Positions 59,252 to 64,000 of a stretch of DNA of 64,000 nucleotides are shown here, in pieces. The position numbers and the translations under genes are program-made. Within the stretch, counting starts at the first letter, position 1, and each line of letters begins with the position of its first letter. Source of the DNA: Lingula anatina. Lineage: Eukaryota > Animalia > Brachiopoda. Location of the stretch: positions 35,160,401 through 35,224,400 of the forward strand of contig CM120641.1 of assembly GCA_051362555.1 (NCBI GenBank), in the 5' to 3' direction. Below the pieces are notes generated by a model, which saw only the letters and a program-made list of their open reading frames with translations, did no database searches and was not told the DNA's origin.

Positions 59252-59549
59252 GAGTGGCGGATTTAGAGGGGGGAGTCAAAGGAGTCCTGACCCCCCTCCC
59301 CTTCGGTTTCAAAAATATATCACACCAATATTCCCCTCTTGATATTAGAATTTTGAATACTGTAGCTTAAACATAGTTCTAAACCGTACCAAAGGGCACT
59401 GTTTGCTCTCCAAAACACCAAAAAAAATTTAGGAGCCCTAAAGCAGGCCCCGAACCCCACGCCAAGGGGGTGATGGTCGGCTTCGCATCCGAGGCCTGTC
59501 GCTCCGACACCCCCCCTCCCTCCTTCAAATAATCCTGGATCCGTCCCTG
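59252..59549. mobile_element. CAG(T/G)GGCGGAT-type MITE
   Basis: (G)AGTGGCGGATTTAG / CTGGATCCGTCCCTG ends, flanking duplication GCGGC(G), internal G/C runs. Confidence 0.7.
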
Positions 59550-60902
59550 GCGGCGGTGAGCGGCGGAGTTGTCGACTTTCTACTTTTAGCATCAATAGCC
59601 CTGTAATTGAATGCAGAATGGCAGGAGACCCACCATTAGTCAATCTAATGAAGCCTCCTCTTTGCTACAATGGATGCTTCACATGACCGAATAAAAAACT
59701 GCTCGTGAAAATTTGTATTTATATTGATGAACTCATGTAACCGCAGTGATGCTTTTTAAAAGCCCGGTGTCCTTGCCTAAAGAAGTTTGCATCTATTTTA
59801 AGAGAATCATCGCAATTTGCCAGTTGAAAAAGTGTAAGTGCACATCTTACAGATGATTCTGCAGCAAGTTGTTCTAGTTTTGCAGAATGAAGTTTTATGT
59901 GAATTTCATATTAGTCGGAGTTGGTTAGATATGCTGTTATGGATAATGTTGCCATTACCGTTTTCCGTTTTTTATTTTTTTGTAGCAGGTTTTTCTTTTT
60001 CATAGTAGTGGTACGTTGTAGTAGTCAGATTATAAACAAACCAATTGCAGGACCAATTCTAAGTCTTTTTTTTTACTCCTCTCATAATTTCATAAATGAG
60101 GTGAAGAAAATTCTCACAAAAAAAAAAAAAAAAAAACTCTCAAAATGAACAATAATGAAGGCAAAATTAGGATGCTCGACAGACAAAAGTCTCGATAGTC
60201 AATTTACCTATTTAAAAAATAATGGTGTGTTCAATAATGCCGAGCGTGTCTCACTAATTGGGCGCGCGCGCGTGCCTTACTCTGACTAACTTGTCCTCAG
60301 AATCCTCGCAAGAATACGTAATCTTGCCCAATAGTGCCCATGTGTGCTCTAGTGGATTTTACAAATGACAAACAATGGATAAACACACACGAACGCTTGG
60401 TACCACACCGTTTTAAATGTAACTTTTGTCTTAATTTAAGGTGACATTTGGCGTGATGCATACTCATTTCTTCCCCTCAATTATGAAGCATTTTCCTCTC
60501 ATCTTCAAACACTTCATTTTCAACAAAGGTTAGAATAACGCACAGTGGGTGCATTATTAACGCACAGTCACTCTCTCCGCCCTGTGCATTAACGCTCATT
60601 GTTAATTAATTCTATGTACCAATCGGTAGACGACTCACAGTGGTGCTATGGCCCTGAGAGGACTGTTCCATGCAAGGTGTCTTTAGATTGGATGATTTCT
60701 TCACGTACGTAACGGCAGAAGCAAGGATAAAGTTCGATCACATGAAAATTTCGTTACATTCATCTGATTTACTGCTAGTGGTTTAACCTCTTGCGCCACT
60801 ATAATTCTATACTTAACTCAAGCAATACTGCATCAACGGTTTTTAAAAAAGAATTATAAGGTAAATATTTTTTCACCCGATGCCCAAAACTTACGACTAT
60901 TC

Positions 60903-62191
60903 ATGGCAGATGAGCAACGCGTTCCAGGCTTAGATAGCGAAAAGAAAAAGTGTGACGATTTTGCTGGACTGTATTCCTTAGATTCAACTGCAAGTTCCGC
61001 AACAGGAAGAAGCATGGCTGATCCTTTAGGTAAGTACTAAATGATTTTGATATTTATTTCTTGTCAATAGTTGATCGCTTGCCCAAAAAAATTAATCAAG
61101 AGGATTAAAGTATCACTGACACATTTCTTACGCGTGCCACAGTCATCTACACACTGGATTCTTTAATGCGTTTATTTGATCGAATGAGATTACCAAAGCA
61201 AATCTAACTAGGGTAAGTTAAATGACCCGTGAGTTGATTTAGCTCAAATTGTAGCAGATTTCTGAGAGGGCTAAGAAGTCATTGCGTGTCACATTTCTAA
61301 CTTTGATAAGCCCGATCTTACATATCGTGCTGAGATTATAAACAATAACACGGCGGGATAACTGGAATAATAAGGTGTTAGGCGTCATTCAGAGCATAAT
61401 GAACATAAGGTGTTCCTGCAGGTAAAATACCCTCCTGAGGTGACGACGAAATGTTTTATCTTCATTAAACCATTTGGATATTCAGTATCTTTTAGGTGAA
61501 TAACAAAGACGGTTCGTATAAGTTTTAAGAAACGTACAAGTCTTGTATATTTCTTCTCTAAAATAAATCTCCTATCCATCGGAAAGGTGAAAATTAATGC
61601 TACACTATATTTGGCATTTTCTTTACACCTAAACGCATTGGGTCCAGTAAAAAAGACAGATTTTAATAAATATCATTGTTGAAGTTAAACTGTCTCTGCT
61701 GATGCAGGCCCACTTGAGAGCTGTGCTAACCCACTACCTCGGTCAGGTATAAGTGGTTTCATCTATCATAATATTTTGTAAAAAAATATGAAAATAAATG
61801 GTATTAAATAAGCAAACAAATGGATAAAGAAACTGATACCGCCTGGAATTTCATTGAGCCTGGAAATATCCTCTAAAATAGTGCGAAAACAAGATGTTGA
61901 TTGAGTCACCATATTTTTTATTAAAAACAGAATTAACAATTTATGAATTTAACCCGATTTAAATGATTATCTGGCATTTTAAGTGATCTCTTTACTGAAA
62001 ATAACTAGTTACAAAAACATTAATGCTTAATTCTTTCTACTTTGTATAAAGAGTTTTTCCAAACTTGTGTTGCATTCCCTTTTATATGGATAAATTGTGA
62101 TCGTTTATTTGAAAACTTAAGTTATGATGTTATGAATCACAATTCATTTTAGAAGTAACTCTAAAACAGATATTAGGGATATATCATTTAA

Positions 62192-62228
<37 letters not shown>

Positions 62229-62997
62229 GAATTAAATTTAAAAACATAGAAAACTCTAATCTCCCCACAAATATATATAAAAACATAAACAAATATAATG
62301 GAGACGTTGGATTGTTAACGATTGTATTTAGTTCAAATGGCATTTATTTGTCAACTTCATTTTTCTTCATGAGTTTACCACAATATTTACCCCCATTCGC
62401 CCTTAAAAAATAGGGTATGAAGGAAGCTTTTACTGGCTCGAGGTGATTTTAATTCTAGGAAGTAACAGTGACATCGGGAAAATGTTGATTTGGATAAACT
62501 GTCTTGAACAAATAAAGAAAGTGAATTTTACATTGAGCATTGAGTAAAAAGAATGGAATTCGTTATAAAAAAATCGGTTTTTAATGGAGTGTTTCACGCT
62601 GATAATTTGACTCCCTTGCCTTTGATTTTAATACACAATTTGACTTGACAACCGGTATACTGAAATTAAGTAAAATTACAAACGATTTGGAATGAAATAC
62701 TAGGCTGAAAATAAATAAACAAATAAATAAGCAAATAAATCATACATTACAGAAGGCGCTTTCAAGAAGTTGAAATCGGACGGCAACGGAACGGCGGGTT
62801 CCATCTCAAGCAGCACGACCACCCCCGGGCACAACCCTGCAGCCTGCCCCACCCCGGCCCGGCGGCGGCACAGGACGACGTTCACCCAAGAGCAACTCCA
62901 AGAACTGGAGGCGGCGTTTGCCAAGAGCCACTATCCTGATATCTACTGCAGGGAAGAGTTGGCAAGAATAACAAAACTGAACGAAGCTAGAATACAG
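60903..62997 (+). CDS. PROP1: PRD-class homeobox gene of the Prop family (Prop1/unc-42), exons 1-2; continues beyond window
   Basis: Exons 60903-61029 and 62753-62997 are in phase. Homeodomain [46 protein letters not shown]| matches the recalled unc-42/CG32532 sequence, with the canonical PRD-class intron after residue 46. Confidence 0.9.
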
Positions 62998-64000
62998 GTA
63001 TTTCAATATATGGAGCTTTTATGAAAATGATTAGAAATTTTCTTAATGGGTCTCATACGGTGTTTTGGCAAAAAAAAAAATTTTTTTTTTCAGAAATTAA
63101 AAAGTATTTTCAGAAGTCATTGACCGTTATTCTAACGAGTTCCACAGTGATAAAAACAATAAATATATTTTAAAACCTCGTTTAATCGTCTCTTGCCTGG
63201 AGCAAAATAAACGTTTAAGCGCATTTCTTCCATTTCACTTCTCGTTAAGAGAAAACATGAAAATTTATGACAATGAAAGGCACGTATATTGTTCTTTCGG
63301 TCTTGATTTTAGTAACATTTTGTCAATTTAAAGATTTTTATTTCTCAAAAGAATCAATCGCATTTCTCCTGATAGTTTACGTACTTGTGTCATACCAATA
63401 AAATGACTGAAAATGAAAAAAAGCGTCACCAATGAAATAATTCAGTTTCAAATCTACTTTAAAAAAAGTTTCTACAAAAGCAAAATAGTTCAGCGTTTTA
63501 CAATTATCAATTGCCGTTCCTGCGTTTGCAACTGATGCATATATTAGTATTTTACTGACTTAAATCTTCTAATTTGATTTTCAAAGCCAGAATGAGATTT
63601 TTTGTGCTTCTATAGGACTGGATAATATATCATTCATTTTTTTAAATCGAAAAAATGCGATTGCAGATAATTGGTGATTTACAATGAAAGAAATAAGATC
63701 TCACTCACATATGTGTACAGATGATAATGTCTCCATTGCCAGTTTTCAATATTAGATTTGGGAAAAGTGGTAAAGAATAACACCACGTTGTTCGAATTCT
63801 CAAGGTACATCTTGTGCATTAAATCCAAAAGAAATGGCTCGTGAGTTGTTAAACCCGGAGGATTTAAAAATTAATGCTCCGCGTCGGTAAGAACGCGCCG
63901 GTTAAGATTTAATTAGTTACCATGTCCTTGAGATCTTTGTGTAAGTGCCAAGTGTTAAAGGAGATAATGAAGACATGCCACTGCCGAACAACACTTACTT

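Noticed and set aside
62193-62226. Long poly(A) as a retrocopy tail
   Set aside because: No upstream SINE/LINE body or TSD could be identified.

Overview
AT-rich, intron-containing animal DNA. A lophotrochozoan/mollusc-like origin is inferred from the repeat families. Splicing by hand gives eight host genes: the 3' part of JMJD8 (+), an orphan secreted Cys-rich protein (-), a Golgi carbohydrate sulfotransferase (-), a head-to-head BUD31 (-)/PDAP1 (+) pair, a 12-exon atypical arrestin-fold gene (-), MCFD2 (-) and the first two exons of a Prop1/unc-42 homeobox gene (+). Mobile DNA is abundant. An intact 8.2-kb Ty3/Gypsy element with PNMA-like Gag, apparently identical LTRs and a -1 frameshift signal sits in sense orientation in the last intron of the orphan gene. 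An 11.8-kb stack of three nested Helentron-associated (HINE-like) satellite-carrying elements makes up about 98% of one arrestin intron. There is also a 7-bp-TSD TIR element, a TTAA-TSD TIR element and several MITEs. Most short ORFs in the supplied track are antisense or repeat-derived noise. All exon structures and family calls were made by eye, without database searches.
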